A stretch of 64,000 nt of DNA, from NCBI GenBank assembly GCA_008632985.1, contig QPGO01000012.1, positions 496,001-560,000 on the forward strand, written 5' to 3'. The translations under genes were made by a program, and so were the position numbers. Numbering within the stretch: position 1 is the stretch's first letter; each line of letters begins with the position of its first letter. This DNA comes from Psammoneis japonica. Its lineage: Eukaryota. Shown here in pieces: positions 61,444 through 64,000 of the stretch. The notes under the pieces are model-generated. The model was not told the origin of the DNA and did not search any database. It saw only the letters and a program-made list of their open reading frames with translations.

Positions 61444-63858
61444 ATGGATGGCTCGACAGGAAAGCCGGCAGAAGAGTCGTCGTCAGGCGAAAACCCAGCT
61501 TCCCAAGCTCCCAACAGCTCCCCGCCAAATGTACCGATAGTTCCAGACGTTAGGGGCAATCCTTTTTTGAACGCTTTTCCCGGGCACTACCCGCACAGAT
61601 TCCACCAAATCGATGAACTTACCATCCCACCACCAGGATTCCCAATGCCTTCTCTAGACGGCATTCCTATGGAGAATATACGCACTCCTCACCCCAATGA
61701 TGTCCTCTGCGGTCGGGGTGGAGGTAAGCTTTGCTCCTGCCGGACATACTGTACTTTGGGTGCCGTTTACCTAAGCTGTTTCTGTTACTTGTCCTCTCTT
61801 TCACAGGAACAAATAATCATCCTGGTAAGCTTTGTGTTCCGGTCTGAAATGCTAGGGGCATCATTCATCTTAATTGGTTCTGCTTTGTTTGCCCTTTTGT
61901 AGGCAACGAGAAGTTCAGATTGTTGGTGAGCAAGCACAAGTTGGATTACCTTAATTCTTCGAAGCGAGACAAGCCGCACATTTCTCGCGGAATTGTCCGT
62001 GCTGTGAGAGCCCAGAACCCACCCGGAAGGTTTTTACAGAAGGACGAAAAGACTGGCATGTACTATGATATTTCAGACCACAAAGCTCGCGAAAAGACAA
62101 GCCAAGCGCTACGAGAAGGTGCACCCGACATTCGAAAAGAAATCACCGGCGCCACCCCGAATATCCCGTTTCCGCTCTACAATATGCAATCGCACCCCAT
62201 GGCTCCGGATATCGTCGCGACTTACAACCAAGACTCGAATTCGGGAGGAAGTAAATCAGGGAAGAAAACTGATCTGGCAAGACAAGTTGAGCAATGTTTG
62301 AGTATGAGAAATGCTCTTGTATCGGAGCAACAAGCAAAGAGCGACACTGTGACCCCAGCATCAGCAGACGCATCTTCGACGGGAGCAAACTCTACATCTG
62401 TCCAACCATCGCAGGCGCCTTTGGCGGGCACAATTTCTACCTCGGCCCAGCAACCGCAGTCGCAGACATTTGCCGGATTTCCCAACGGCCAAGCGGTGCA
62501 ATTCCAAAAGGCAATGGCACCGGGTGCTTCAGCAGGTCTATCTTTTCCACAGATGCAGCAGATGAATCAAACAGCCCTGATGACAGGCGCCACGGTATGT
62601 TCAGTCCAACTTGTCGTCGTTCTTGAATGGTTTGTTTTTGATTGATTGCTTACATTCATTCGTGCTTTCACATTTGTGAACACTGAAGCCTAACTTCATG
62701 AACCCAGCATTGATGGGTGCGTCCAACCCTGTCGCGTCTATGGCGTCGGGTTCTACAGCTCCAACTGGCATCGCTGCTAATACACTTGGCCCTCCTGCCA
62801 CGTCCATGGCTGCAAACGCCACAAATAATGGACTTAATCTCACGTCGAGTTCTGCAGCTCCGACAGGCCTTAATCCTAATAATCTTGGAGCCCCAGCCGC
62901 GCCCATGCCTGCAAATGTCACAAATAATGGGTTCCATTTTAATTCTTTTGGTGCTCCAAACTCCTTCATGCCTTATCTCCCCGGAATGGGGCTTCCTACT
63001 TCGGCGCTTCCGGGTTCAAGCATGCCACGCCCCGGTAGTTCTGGTTTTGGTACTCCAGCTTCTCATACCCCAGGTGTTTCGTCAACTGCTGATGGTCTGA
63101 GTGCCGCCACTGCTAGCACCCAGAATCCGAACTTGGCTGGCAATTTTTATAACGGACGCGCAATGGGAGGCATTACACAAGCACCCCAACCTGTCGTCAT
63201 GACAAACATCCTTCAGTCCAGCTCTGACTCGCAACAGCGTCAGTCATCTTCCGGTGAATCGAATGGTCCTCCTCCGCCGCCGCCCTTGACGCCGGATATG
63301 GCTCTTCGTTTGGTTTTCGCTGAAACCATTTCTCAACAGACTGCTAAAGGGAATGCCAGTGCTAATATTTTGGCTGCCGAGAAGAGTTTCGATTTCCATT
63401 TAGAGGCAGGACTATTGGGGATCAATCCTAACACGATGGTCAAGTGTTTAGCTGAGGGATACTCGGAGAATAGCATACTGAAGCGGTACAAAGGGTATGT
63501 GGCTGAAGCGGCGGTTGAGCAACAAGAAAAGGAAGACGTGTCACCGCAAAATGCTGATGGCGACGAATCAATCGCAGAAAAAGAAGGCGAGGACGATCAC
63601 GATAGCGGGGAAAGCAAAAAAGGAAGCGAGAAGGAAAGTAACTCCGAGGATGAGGGTAGTGCTTCAAAGAATCATGAAGTGGAGAATGGAGCAGCGACGG
63701 AAAAGAAACGCGAAGCGCCAGCCAACGACGATGAAAAGCCATTGAAAAAGTCAAAGTATGAGGTGTGGGTACCAGAGCTATCGCGGCGTCTTCAAAATCC
63801 AATTGAACGCAAAGTTGTCGACGCTCTTATCTGTATTGGTGCGATCGACAGATCGTAA
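61444..63858 (+). CDS. DUF6824-type domain protein with low-complexity tail; exons 61444-61723, 61807-61824, 61903-62594, 62689-63858
   Basis: Spliced product reads DVLCGRGG-GTNNHP-GNEKFRLLV...PPGRFLQKD...KAREKTSQALRE; GT-AG introns keep the frame. Confidence 0.9.
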
Positions 63859-64000
63859 AATAGGTATCGAGGGGAAACGACGACAAGTACTCTGGAGAGG
63901 ATTCACGTAGCTCTCTCTTCAAGTTAAGCAGTAAGAGAAGCGCTGTATTAAAGAATCTCTATGCATTTTACCTCTGGTCCCACTTTGTCTTTTCCATTGG

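Overview
Eukaryotic genomic DNA, most likely from a diatom, judged by CoDi-like Ty1/copia elements, a DUF6824-type gene, a diatom-style TM-LRR gene and spliceosomal introns. The window alternates between gene islands with normal TpA content (about 21.2-23.0, 30.2-33.8, 46-58.6 and 61-64 kb) and repeat blocks that have lost almost all TpA (about 1-21.1, 23.05-30.2, 33.8-44.4 and 58.7-60.9 kb). Main finding: these blocks carry the signature of a repeat-targeted TpA->TpG/CpA hypermutation (A:T->G:C), opposite in direction to fungal RIP. Conserved Tyr codons became Cys or His. The same ancestral TA is TG in one copy and CA in another, across four sister LTRs, duplicated gag/RT segments and MITE TIRs. 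TpA is gone even where CpG is still abundant, and host-type sequences inside the blocks (Crinkler-like, LRR, TyrRS fragment) are hit too. Other content: a copia nested in its own family, a pectin-acetylesterase-ABCG fusion, a bacterial-type beta-propeller gene, an ABHD hydrolase with a TA-cg-TA frameshift, an OTU deubiquitinase and MITEs. All counts and alignments were done by eye and family calls are from motif recognition; no searches were run, so novelty is unverified.
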